DNA from: an uncultured Chloroflexia bacterium
GTDB lineage: Bacteria > Chloroflexota > Limnocylindria > Limnocylindrales > CSP1-4
Direction of reading: 5' to 3'
DNA length: 64,000 nucleotides
NCBI GenBank assembly: GCA_963828165.1
Contig: CAWHDR010000001.1
Location: 992,001 to 1,056,000, forward strand
Part shown: in pieces, positions 31,556 to 40,133 of the stretch
How the letters are laid out: the number at the start of each line of letters is the position of its first letter
How positions within the stretch are numbered: the first letter of the stretch is position 1
The notes under the pieces: generated by a model
What the model was told of the DNA's origin: nothing
Databases searched by the model: none
Seen by the model: the letters and a program-made list of their open reading frames with translations, nothing else
Program-made: the position numbers and the translations under genes

Positions 31556-33666
31556 CGATCGTCTCCGGTGCCGGTCGCGGCAGGGGCGCCGGGGATGGCG
31601 TGGGTGGCGGCGTCGGCCGCGGCCGCGGCGGTGCGCCGGCGGCGGCGTTCGGCCCGCGCATCGCCACCGCGGTCCGCCGTGACAGGCCTGGCCGGCAACG
31701 TCACGACCCGCTCGAGATTGGGGTTCGCGGCCGTCCGGTGCGGGATCGCCATCGCCTCGACGAAGTGCTCCTGGAACCGCGGCTCGACCGCCGTTTCGAT
31801 CTTCTCGACGCGGCGGACCACGCCCTCGATCTCGCGCCGCGCGGCGCCGGACAGCAGGGCGATCAACGCGCCGGTGCCGGCCGCATTGCCCGCGGCCTTC
31901 ACGTGGTCGAGATCGCAGTCGGGAACGAGCCCGAGGACCATCGCGTGGAGCGGGTCGATCTGGCTCCCGAACGCGCCGGCCAGCCGAACCTCGTCGACGG
32001 TCTCGATCTCGAGGTGATCCATGAGCAGCCGGACCCCGGCATAGAGCGCCGCCTTGGCGAGCTGGATCGCGCGAACGTCGTTCTGGGTGACGAGGATCCG
32101 GGGGCCATCGTCAGCGGGCGCATGCAGGACGTAGCTGTGCGTCCGGCCGTCCGACACGACGCGCTCCGTGCGCGCCGCGACCGAGCCATCGATGACCCCG
32201 TCGGCGGTGATGACCCCGGCGAGGTACAGCTCGGCGACCACCTCGATGATCCCGGAGCCGCAGATGCCGGTCACGCCGGTACCGGCGGCGGCCACGGCGT
32301 TCGTGAAGCCCTCGTCGTTCGACCAGGCATCGACTCCGATGACGCGGAACCTCGGCTCCAGCGTCGCGCGATCGATGCGCACGCGCTCGATGGCGCCCGG
32401 CGCGGCGCGCTGTCCCGAGCTGATCTGGGCGCCCTCGAACGCGGGGCCCGTGGGCGAGCTCGCGGCCAGGAGCCGGCGCTTGTCGCCGAGCACGATCTCC
32501 GCATTCGTCCCGACGTCCACGACGAGCGTCATGGCGTCGGCCTTGTGCGGCTCCTCCGCCAGGATCACGCCGGCCGTGTCCGCCCCGACGTGGCCGGCGA
32601 TGCAGGGCAGCACGTAGACCCGCGCGCCCGGATGCGCCCGGACGCCCAGTTCTGCGGCGGTCAGCTCGACCGCTGCGTCCGTGGCCAGCGCGAACGGCGC
32701 GGAGCCGAGCGGCGTCGGATCGATGCCGAGGAGGAGGTGGTGCATGATCGGGTTGCCCACGATCGCGAGCTCGAGGATCTCGGCTCGCTTGATGCCGGCC
32801 TTGTTCCCGAGCGTGGCCAGCAAGCCGTCGAGGGCCTTGCGCACCGCTTCCGTGAGCTCGACCTCGCCGCCGTCGTGCATCATCACGTAGCTGACCCGGC
32901 TCATCAGGTCCTCGCCGAAGCGGATCTGCGGGTTCATCACGCCGGCGCTGGCCAGGACCGAGCCGTCGGTCAGGTTCACGAGGTGCCCGGCGATCGTGGT
33001 GGAGCCGACGTCGATCGCCACCCCGAACGCGCGGTCATGGAACCCCGGCCAGACCGCGATCACGTCGCGCCCGCCGTGGACCGCGACGGTGACCCGGTAC
33101 GAGCCGGCGGTCAGGGCCGCCTGCAGCCCGCGGATGACGGACAGGTCGGCGGCCAAACCGTCCAGGCTCCATTCGGTACGGAGGGCGTCGAGGAGCCGGC
33201 CCAGGTCGCCGGTCGGGGTGGCAAGATCCGGTTCCGTGACGTCCACGGTGTGCAGCCGGACGACGGGGTCCATCTCGAAGGCGCGCGCCGCGAGGTCCTT
33301 GCGCACGACCTGCTTGTGGACCTGGCTCTCGGGCGGGACGTCGACGACGGCATCGCCGAGCAGCGTCGCCGTGCAGGACAGCCGGCGGTCCTCCGCCAGG
33401 CCGTTCTCGTCGCGGTAGGCCGCCTCGACCTCACCGGCCGCGCTCAGGTGCTCCGGCGAGGAGGTGATGCCGTGCTTCGGGAACGACCCGAACGCGGGCA
33501 CGACCGCGCAGCGGCCGCAGATCCCGCGGCCGCCACAGACCGAGTCGATGTCCACGCCGAGCGAACGCGCGGCATCGAGCACCGTCGTGCCGGCAGGCGC
33601 CCGACCGCGCCGCCCGGATGGCGTGAAGATGATCTGCGGGTCGGCGGTGGCCGCGCCGTCGCTCAC
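31552..33666 (-). CDS. Corrinoid reductive activator (RACo/RamA-like: 2Fe-2S plus ASKHA ATPase)
   Basis: CGGRGICGRC..RLSC, DVGSTT, FGEDLMSR, DVGTNAE, GPAFEG, GICGSG, LAGAFG. Confidence 0.9.
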   Translation of the reverse strand: MSDGAATADPQIIFTPSGRRGRAPAGTTVLDAARSLGVDIDSVCGGRGICGRCAVVPAFGSFPKHGITSSPEHLSAAGEVEAAYRDENGLAEDRRLSCTATLLGDAVVDVPPESQVHKQVVRKDLAARAFEMDPVVRLHTVDVTEPDLATPTGDLGRLLDALRTEWSLDGLAADLSVIRGLQAALTAGSYRVTVAVHGGRDVIAVWPGFHDRAFGVAIDVGSTTIAGHLVNLTDGSVLASAGVMNPQIRFGEDLMSRVSYVMMHDGGEVELTEAVRKALDGLLATLGNKAGIKRAEILELAIVGNPIMHHLLLGIDPTPLGSAPFALATDAAVELTAAELGVRAHPGARVYVLPCIAGHVGADTAGVILAEEPHKADAMTLVVDVGTNAEIVLGDKRRLLAASSPTGPAFEGAQISSGQRAAPGAIERVRIDRATLEPRFRVIGVDAWSNDEGFTNAVAAAGTGVTGICGSGIIEVVAELYLAGVITADGVIDGSVAARTERVVSDGRTHSYVLHAPADDGPRILVTQNDVRAIQLAKAALYAGVRLLMDHLEIETVDEVRLAGAFGSQIDPLHAMVLGLVPDCDLDHVKAAGNAAGTGALIALLSGAARREIEGVVRRVEKIETAVEPRFQEHFVEAMAIPHRTAANPNLERVVTLPARPVTADRGGDARAERRRRRTAAAAADAATHAIPGAPAATGTGDDR

Positions 33667-33676
33667 GGGTGGATCG

Positions 33677-34732
33677 TCAGTCGCGCGCGGCGACGTCGGC
33701 CGATGGCACGCCGCCCGGCGCATCCACCCCGGGCACGTCCACGCCGGGCACGTCGAGGCCGGGCACGTCCACGCCCGGAACGTCGGCGGAGAAGGCGGTC
33801 ACGCCCGGGATCCCGGCCGGCGTTGTCGTGGCCCCCGCTCCGCCGCGGCGGCGGTTCGTCCGGCGCCCACCGGCCTCGCCGTCCGCGGGCCCCGTGCGGA
33901 ACTGGCGGATCCAGCGGGCAGCGTCTTGATCGTTGCCCATCAGCACGTCGCTGGCCATCACCGCGTGCTTGACGCCCTCGGCGATCGGGTTGGTGATGGC
34001 CGACGTCAGCCCGGACGCGATGGCCATGCTCAGGAACGCGCCATTGATGCCCTCGCGGTTGGGCAACCCGAAGCTCACGTTGGAGGCGCCGCAGCTCGAG
34101 TTGACCTTGAGCTCGTCGCGCAGCCGGCCGAGGATGTGGAAGACCTGGCGGCCGGCGCCACTGAGCGCCCCGATCGGCATCAGCAGTGGGTCGACGACGA
34201 TGTCCTCGCGCGGGATGCCATGGTCCGCGGCGCGCTCGACGATGCGTTTCGCGACCGCGAACCGGACGTCGGGGTCCATCGAGATGCCGGTCTCGTCGTT
34301 GCTGATCGCGACGACCGCACAGCCGTATTTCTTGACCAGCGGCAGGACGCGTTCCAGCCGCTCTTCCTCGCCGGTGACGCTGTTGAGCAGGGCCTTGCCC
34401 TGGTAGACGGCAAGCCCCGCTTCGAGCGCCTCGACGATCGACGAATCGATCGACAGCGGGACGTCCGTGAGCGACTGCACCAGCTGGATGGTCTTCGCCA
34501 GGATCGCCGGCTCGTCGGCGAGCGGGATGCCCGCGTTGACATCGAGCATGTGGGCGCCAGCCTCGACCTGGGCGATCGTGTCGCGCTCGACCCGGGAGAA
34601 GTCGCCGGCCTTCATCTCCTCGGCCAGGAGCTTGCGGCCGGTCGGGTTGATGCGTTCGCCGATGATCACGAACGGCTGATCGTCGCCGATGACCACCTCG
34701 CGGGTCGCCGAGCTGACGACGGTCCACGTCAC
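33677..34732 (-). CDS. Pterin-binding methyltetrahydrofolate:corrinoid methyltransferase (AcsE/MtgA-like)
   Basis: IIGERINPTGRK, LDVNAG, SIDSS, NSVTGE, GASNVSFGLP. Confidence 0.9.
   Translation of the reverse strand: MTWTVVSSATREVVIGDDQPFVIIGERINPTGRKLLAEEMKAGDFSRVERDTIAQVEAGAHMLDVNAGIPLADEPAILAKTIQLVQSLTDVPLSIDSSIVEALEAGLAVYQGKALLNSVTGEEERLERVLPLVKKYGCAVVAISNDETGISMDPDVRFAVAKRIVERAADHGIPREDIVVDPLLMPIGALSGAGRQVFHILGRLRDELKVNSSCGASNVSFGLPNREGINGAFLSMAIASGLTSAITNPIAEGVKHAVMASDVLMGNDQDAARWIRQFRTGPADGEAGGRRTNRRRGGAGATTTPAGIPGVTAFSADVPGVDVPGLDVPGVDVPGVDAPGGVPSADVAARD
33713..33785 (-). repeat. 15-bp coding tandem repeat (about 5 units) encoding DVPG(V/L)
   Basis: The translation reads ADVPGVDVPGLDVPGVDVPGVDAPGG at the C-terminus of the pterin methyltransferase. 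Confidence 0.85.
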
Positions 34733-35079
34733 GCTTCGGCGGCCTTTCCCTGGGTCTCATCCCCGGCGGGCGCGAAGATCGGACCGCCCTCGACCCCGCC
34801 CGACTGGATGAGCTGGGCGAGTCGGTGCTTGTCGTACTCGGCCTCGATGCGCTCGACCTCGGCGGCGACCTCGGCGTCGATGTCGGCGCCGCAGGATCTC
34901 TGCGTCCGGCGCCACTCCCCGATGTAGTCGTTGTAGGCACGCTTGCCGGCCCTGCTCGCAGCCTTGTCGATCGCCACCTGGAACCGCGGATGGAGCACGA
35001 TCTTGCTCTGCTTGCGGCCCTCCCGGGCCGTCACCTGGGCCGGGATGTCGCGCCACCAGATCATGGTCATCATCGACAC
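34729..35079 (-). CDS. Small 'virulence factor'-domain protein typical of split corrinoid methyltransferase operons
   Basis: WRDIPAQV, RFQVAIDKAA and Y..EWRR motifs. Confidence 0.75.
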   Translation of the reverse strand: MSMMTMIWWRDIPAQVTAREGRKQSKIVLHPRFQVAIDKAASRAGKRAYNDYIGEWRRTQRSCGADIDAEVAAEVERIEAEYDKHRLAQLIQSGGVEGGPIFAPAGDETQGKAAEA

Positions 35080-35169
35080 GGTTCAGAACCCTCCGGACAG
35101 CAAGGGGACGAGGGACTGCGAGGCTTGGCCCACGGCAACGGCCTCGATGGTCGTAGCGAGCTCGCTGTT

Positions 35170-35871
35170 CTAGGCCGGGACGCGGGCACGTCGCTCGTCG
35201 ATCAGGCGGCGTGCCGTCTCCGCGGCGACGCCTGCATCGCGACAGTAGGCGTCCGCCCCCACGGCCATCCCGAACTCCTCGTTGAGCGGTGCACCGCCAA
35301 CGAGGACGATGTAGTCGTCGCGCAGGCCGCGATCCTTGAGCGTCTGGATCACGACCTTCATGTACGGCATGGTCGTCGTGAGCAGCGCGGACATGCCGAG
35401 GATGTCCGGCTTGTGCTCGGTCAGCGCGTTGATGAACTTGTCGGCATCGGTGTTGATCCCGAGGTCGACGACCTCGAACCCGGCTCCCTCGAGCATCATC
35501 CCGACGAGGTTCTTGCCGATGTCGTGGATGTCGCCCTTGACGGTCCCGATGACGACCTTGCCGACCGGCTCGGCACCGGTCTCGGCGAGCAGTGGGCGAA
35601 GGATCTCCATGCCGGCCTTCATCGCATTCGCCGCGAGGAGGACCTCGGGGACGAAGAGGATGCCGTCGCGGAAGTCGATGCCGACGATCTTCATGCCGGC
35701 GACGAGGGCGTCGTCGAGGACCTTGGTCGCAGTGAACCCGCGCCCGAGGAGGATGTTCGTCCCCTCGACGATCTCGTCCTTCATGCCGTCGTACAGGTCG
35801 TTGTGCATCTGCTCGACGAGCTCGTCGTCGGAGAGGGCGTTGAGGTCGATGTCCTGGAGGTCGTCGGTCAT
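35170..35871 (-). CDS. Stand-alone corrinoid (B12-binding) protein
   Basis: Cap domain FVPEVLLAA; GTVKGDIHDIGKNLV; GMSALLTTT; VGGAP. Confidence 0.93.
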   Translation of the reverse strand: MTDDLQDIDLNALSDDELVEQMHNDLYDGMKDEIVEGTNILLGRGFTATKVLDDALVAGMKIVGIDFRDGILFVPEVLLAANAMKAGMEILRPLLAETGAEPVGKVVIGTVKGDIHDIGKNLVGMMLEGAGFEVVDLGINTDADKFINALTEHKPDILGMSALLTTTMPYMKVVIQTLKDRGLRDDYIVLVGGAPLNEEFGMAVGADAYCRDAGVAAETARRLIDERRARVPA

Positions 35872-35933
35872 CGGTCGTGCTCCGGATGGGGCGTTCAAGG
35901 CGTCAGATCGTGGCGTCGGGTGGGAGGCCCAGG

Positions 35934-35969
35934 GGTTCCACATCGTGGAACCGTGCCGTATGATGGAAC
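35934..35969. promoter_or_regulatory. Candidate tandem IclR operators
   Basis: GGTTCCAC-atc-GTGGAACC (35934-35952), followed by the degenerate copy GTGCCGT-atg-ATGGAAC. Confidence 0.7.
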
Positions 35970-36004
35970 CGCCGCCATCCCGAATCTAGCCGACGAAGGG
36001 TCCC

Positions 36005-36754
36005 ATGTCCAGCGTCCAATCGGTCAAGCGAGCATTCGACGTGCTCGGCAGTCTCGGCGACGGTCCGCTGGGCGTCACCGAGGTCGCCGATCGGGCCGGC
36101 CTGCCCAAGTCCACGGCGGCGCGCGTGCTCGCGACGCTCGTCGGCGAAGGAGCGGTCGAGCAGGTCCCGGGCGACACGTCGTACCGGCTCGGACCGCGGC
36201 TCATCACGCTGGCCGCGGGCTTCAGCCTGACGCGCTCGCTCGCGGCCATCGCCCGGCCGACGCTGATCGACCTCGCCGAGTCTTCGGGTGAGGCCGCCGG
36301 CCTCGCGATGCCCGACGGCGACCTCGTCCACTACATCGACCAGGTGGATACCGTGCAGCCGGTCCTGGTGCGCGACTGGACGGGGGCACGGATCCCGCTC
36401 CACGCGGTGTCGTCCGGCCAGGTGCTGCTGGCCTTCCGGACGCCGGCCGCGATCGAGCGCTACCTCGAGCGGCCGATGGAGCGCTTCACCGACCGCACGC
36501 TGACCGACGCCGATGCGGTTCGCGAGCGCCTGCGCGAGGTCCGTCGGCAGGGCTACATCTGGGCGATGGATGAATTCGAGGCCGGGATCTCGTCCATCGC
36601 GGCGCCGATCGCCGATGCGTCGGGTGAGGTGATCGCGGCCGTCCACGTGCACGGCCCGTCATACCGATTTCCGGCGGAGGGCTCGACGGCAGAGCTCGCG
36701 CAGCTGGTGCTCGCCGGGGCGGCGCGGATCGCCGCGGGGCTGCGCGAGACCTGA
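36005..36754 (+). CDS. IclR-family transcriptional regulator
   Basis: VQSVKRAFDVL, LPKSTAAR, YRLG, PLHAVSSG, IAAPI. Confidence 0.93.
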   Translation: MSSVQSVKRAFDVLGSLGDGPLGVTEVADRAGLPKSTAARVLATLVGEGAVEQVPGDTSYRLGPRLITLAAGFSLTRSLAAIARPTLIDLAESSGEAAGLAMPDGDLVHYIDQVDTVQPVLVRDWTGARIPLHAVSSGQVLLAFRTPAAIERYLERPMERFTDRTLTDADAVRERLREVRRQGYIWAMDEFEAGISSIAAPIADASGEVIAAVHVHGPSYRFPAEGSTAELAQLVLAGAARIAAGLRET

Positions 36755-37032
36755 GCGCGCGCCGGACGAGGCGCTTGGAAGCCCCGGATATGGCCCTCCG
36801 CGATCAAATGTGGGCGGCCAGTCGCCTCAGCACGTCAAGGTGGGGGCAGATCTGGCCGATTCCAAACCAGATATCGCCGATGTTGATATCGCGGCAGCGA
36901 ATCGATGCGATTCGGTCGACCGGGCAGGTCGCCCGCACGTAGCGTCGCCCAACGCGATATTCGGGCATTTGTCAGGCCGACCCACTCCGTCGGCGGCTTG
37001 CGGCGGAAGTGCCCCTGGAGCCGGGGCAAGAC

Positions 37033-37356
37033 TCAGTTCGCGGGGTTCGCTCCGACCGGCTCGAGATCGATGGTTCGGACCTGCCGGGTCTTGCCGGCCT
37101 CGGTGCGGACGATCGCGGAGGGGATGACGCCCCCCGTGCCCAGCTTCTCGATGACGGCGATCTCACCGGCGTACAGGCCGCTGCCGGCGATTCGAACCTT
37201 TCCGCCGACGGCGAGACCGGCTCGGCCCTTGCCGGCGGTCAGATCGATCGTGGCGACGGTCGGGCGCACATAGGGAGGATCAGTCGGCAACCCGGTGGCG
37301 GGTGCGGGTCGGTTGGAGGTCTTGGCCGGCGGGTACGTGACTTTCCGTTTTCGCAT
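37033..37356 (-). CDS. Small basic protein with a KOW/SH3-like C-terminus
   Basis: AGGAG RBS; VGGKVRIAGSGLYAGEIAVI resembles a KOW motif. Confidence 0.6.
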   Translation of the reverse strand: MRKRKVTYPPAKTSNRPAPATGLPTDPPYVRPTVATIDLTAGKGRAGLAVGGKVRIAGSGLYAGEIAVIEKLGTGGVIPSAIVRTEAGKTRQVRTIDLEPVGANPAN

Positions 37357-37494
37357 TGGCTCTCCTGCAAGGCCGGCCTCGTAAGGTCGAGGTCGAGCCG
37401 TGCGAACCATCGCACATCCGCGCAAGAGTGGCCCTTGACCGAAGGTCCTCGCCGCCGACGATGCCCTCGCCGCCGACGACCCGCCCCGCGATCA

Positions 37495-37851
37495 CTAGTC
37501 GGAAGCAGTGTTCCTGGCGGTCTTCTTGACCTTGGCGGCCTTGGCCTCGACATCCGCGGCGAGCTCGGCAGCGGCTTCGGCCGCGGACGCACGGGCCGGG
37601 TCGAGCGTGGCGGCGTCGGGATCGCCCGTCGACGCCGCTGCGTCGGAACCCTTTGCCCGCATCTCGGCGAGTTGCGTGTTCACGGTCGACTGGATCTCCC
37701 GCGTTCGCATCTCGAGCTGGTCACCGAGCTCACCGAGCTTTCGGTCGACTCGGTACTGGTCACGGAAACGCTCGCCGGAGCGGGACATGTACCAGGCCGC
37801 CGCCCCGGCCGCCAGCGCCACGCCAGTGACCACGCCGCTCATGAACCCCAT
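37495..37851 (-). CDS. Small membrane-anchored coiled-coil protein (YtxH-like)
   Basis: MGFMSGVVTGVALAAGAAAWY followed by a helical, Ala-rich region; GAAGGAG RBS. Confidence 0.55.
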   Translation of the reverse strand: MGFMSGVVTGVALAAGAAAWYMSRSGERFRDQYRVDRKLGELGDQLEMRTREIQSTVNTQLAEMRAKGSDAAASTGDPDAATLDPARASAAEAAAELAADVEAKAAKVKKTARNTASD

Positions 37852-37945
37852 CGAGTCGTCTCCTTCCGCGCGTCGCCGGCTGCCGCCGATCCGTCGCTCG
37901 GTGCCGTCGCGCACCAACGAGTGTAGCGCTCAACGGATTCGGGCC

Positions 37946-37998
37946 TTGACAACGGCGTGAGAGAACCTAGGATCACGCTACATCGAATGTCGAGGTAG
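37946..37998 (+). promoter_or_regulatory. Promoter plus candidate PadR operator
   Basis: TTGACA (37946), 16 bp, TAGGAT (37968); inverted repeat CTACATCGA-atg-TCGAGGTAG (37978-37998). Confidence 0.65.
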
Positions 37999-38005
37999 TG
38001 GCGAG

Positions 38006-38344
38006 ATGCGATCGGATACCCAACTCCTCAAGGGCACGACTCCCCTGCTGGTCCTGACCGTGATCGGGGATGGGGAGCTCTACGGCTACGAGATCGCGCA
38101 GCGCATCCGCGAGACCAGTGGCGGCGCCTTCGCCCCGTCCGAGGGATCGCTCTACCCGGCTCTCCACCGACTCGAGGCCGACGGCGCGCTCACCGGCTCG
38201 TGGCGTGCCAGCGACCGCGGACCGCGCCGCCGCTACTACCGGCTGACGGCCAAAGGACGGGGGATGCTGGTCGAGAATCGCGACCGGTTCCGAGCCTTCA
38301 TCGCGGGCGTCCGAGGGGTCACCGCCGGGCTGACCGATGTCTGA
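38006..38344 (+). CDS. PadR-family transcriptional regulator
   Basis: LLKGT, YGYEI, EGSLYPALHRLE, RRYYRLT. Confidence 0.93.
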   Translation: MRSDTQLLKGTTPLLVLTVIGDGELYGYEIAQRIRETSGGAFAPSEGSLYPALHRLEADGALTGSWRASDRGPRRRYYRLTAKGRGMLVENRDRFRAFIAGVRGVTAGLTDV

Positions 38345-39545
38345 TCCCCGCGCCGACCGCGACGCCTTTCTCGCCCAGATCGCCGGGCGCCTGCGGCTGC
38401 CCGACGACGAAGCACGCGATGTCCTCGAGGAGCTCCGAGGCCACCTTGGGGAGTCGGTGGCGGACCTCGTGGACGAGGGTCTGACGGCCGAGCAGGCCGA
38501 ACGCGAATCGATCGCCCGTCTGGGCAGCCCCGGCGACCTGGCCGATGCGATCCGCACCGCTCGACAGACCCGCCGCCGGATGCTGGCCGCGGCGGGTGCC
38601 GGCGCAGTCGCTGCGACGAGCGGCCTGTTCTGGGGCTGGCTGTTCGCCGCGTCGGTGACCACCGTGGCTGGCGTCTCGGCGACGCTCATCATCTCGTTCG
38701 CGCTGCAGTGGCTCGACCTCAGCTACTCCGGGTGGCAGCCGCCGGACATCCTGTCGCTACCGTTCGCGCTCTTCGTCCCCGCATTCGCCGCCCATCGGAT
38801 GGTGGGCTCAGTCGCCGCTCGTTCGGGACGTGCCGTCGAAAGCATCAGACGTCCCATCGCGACAGCAGGCGGCATCCTCGTGGCGATCGTGGCCGTCTTC
38901 CTCGTGCGGGTCGAGCTCGACCCGCTCAAGGTCATCACCCACCTCGCGACGCCGATCGGTTTCGCGCTTGGCGCGATCCTGACGCACGACACCAGCTCCA
39001 TGCGTCTCCGCCGCCTGCCGGTTCGATGGGTCGCGGCCATCGTCATCGTCACGATCCTGGCGTTCACGGTCGCGGCCGCGGCTACGCTCAAGGTGAACCC
39101 GACCGGCGAGTACACGGGTGATGACGGCGCTGGGCACATCGCCCCGCCGGCGACCGACGTCCTTGGCGACGGATGGCTCGAGCAGCAGAGCTCCATCGGC
39201 CTGGGGTTCGTCAGCGGGGTGACGCTGATGCCCGAACCGCCAACGCTGCTGGACGGCTGGCGCGACCTGCGTCTCGAGGCGTGGTCGGTCATCGATCGCC
39301 CGTACGGACCCGTGATCGATCCGATGGCCGATCGGCCCGCCGCGACCATGCCGCTGGTTCGCGACGAGTTCGGGTCGTTTGCGGCCGAGCTGGATCTCGG
39401 AACCTCCAAGGAGCGTACCTGGTACCTGCTCGCGACCACCGGCATCGCGCCGGACGGGACACGCTACCTCCTGTCGGGGCCCGACGGCCCCGTCGGCTCG
39501 CGCCCCTGGAGCGGGACCGTATGGGAGTGGCTGACGACGCCGTGA
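38337..39545 (+). CDS. HAAS/permease-prefix-domain membrane protein (PadR partner)
   Basis: DVLEELRGHL..GLT..AE..IARLGSP, then about 6 TM helices and a soluble C-terminal domain. Confidence 0.75.
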   Translation: MSDPRADRDAFLAQIAGRLRLPDDEARDVLEELRGHLGESVADLVDEGLTAEQAERESIARLGSPGDLADAIRTARQTRRRMLAAAGAGAVAATSGLFWGWLFAASVTTVAGVSATLIISFALQWLDLSYSGWQPPDILSLPFALFVPAFAAHRMVGSVAARSGRAVESIRRPIATAGGILVAIVAVFLVRVELDPLKVITHLATPIGFALGAILTHDTSSMRLRRLPVRWVAAIVIVTILAFTVAAAATLKVNPTGEYTGDDGAGHIAPPATDVLGDGWLEQQSSIGLGFVSGVTLMPEPPTLLDGWRDLRLEAWSVIDRPYGPVIDPMADRPAATMPLVRDEFGSFAAELDLGTSKERTWYLLATTGIAPDGTRYLLSGPDGPVGSRPWSGTVWEWLTTP

Positions 39546-39557
39546 TGCGCGGCGCGA

Positions 39558-40133
39558 TCAGTCGAGGCCGACCGCTGCGTCGGTGAGCCACGCGGCCAGG
39601 TAGGCCGCGAACGAGGGGCGGACGAGGAGCCGGAAGGCGGGCTCCACGGCCGGCCCGACCGGGACGATGACCACGTTCGCCCGCGCCAGCAGGGTCTGGG
39701 CGCACATCCCCGGCTTGAACCGCCGTTCGTCCAGGTCGATCGAGCACCCGAATGCCAGCAGCTCACGGGCGCGCGGTCCGCTGACCGAGAGCGTCGTCCG
39801 GTTGGCCGACACCTCGACGACCGAGCCGCCTCCATCGCCGATCGCGTCGCGGACAACGCGCTCGATCGTCGGCGCTGTGCCCGGCTCGCCGAGGATCAGC
39901 CACTCGTCGGGACCCAGCCACAGCACGTGGCGCGTGCCGTCGTCGGACACGACCGCGGTGTTCGGCTCGGTCGGCGGACGGGCGCCGATGACCTCGGTCA
40001 GGCGCGCCATCAGCGCCGCGTCGGCTGGATCGGCCCGCAGGTCGACCTGGGCCAGGAAGGGCAGTTCGCGGACACGCGCCGGGAGCTCGACTCCTTCGAG
40101 CGGCGAGTGCGCGCGCAGACCGGCCGCTGTCAC
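39558..40133 (-). CDS. soxG: Sarcosine oxidase gamma subunit
   Basis: LWLGPDEWL, GCSIDL, CAQTLLA, VRPSFAAY. Confidence 0.9.
   Translation of the reverse strand: MTAAGLRAHSPLEGVELPARVRELPFLAQVDLRADPADAALMARLTEVIGARPPTEPNTAVVSDDGTRHVLWLGPDEWLILGEPGTAPTIERVVRDAIGDGGGSVVEVSANRTTLSVSGPRARELLAFGCSIDLDERRFKPGMCAQTLLARANVVIVPVGPAVEPAFRLLVRPSFAAYLAAWLTDAAVGLD

Noticed and set aside
34729-35079. Virulence gene
   Set aside because: The domain name is historical; the context indicates an accessory protein of the corrinoid methyltransferase system.
35872-36004. Cobalamin riboswitch upstream of the corrinoid operon
   Set aside because: The region is short, has no B12-box or GGGAA core, and is explained by IclR-type palindromes.
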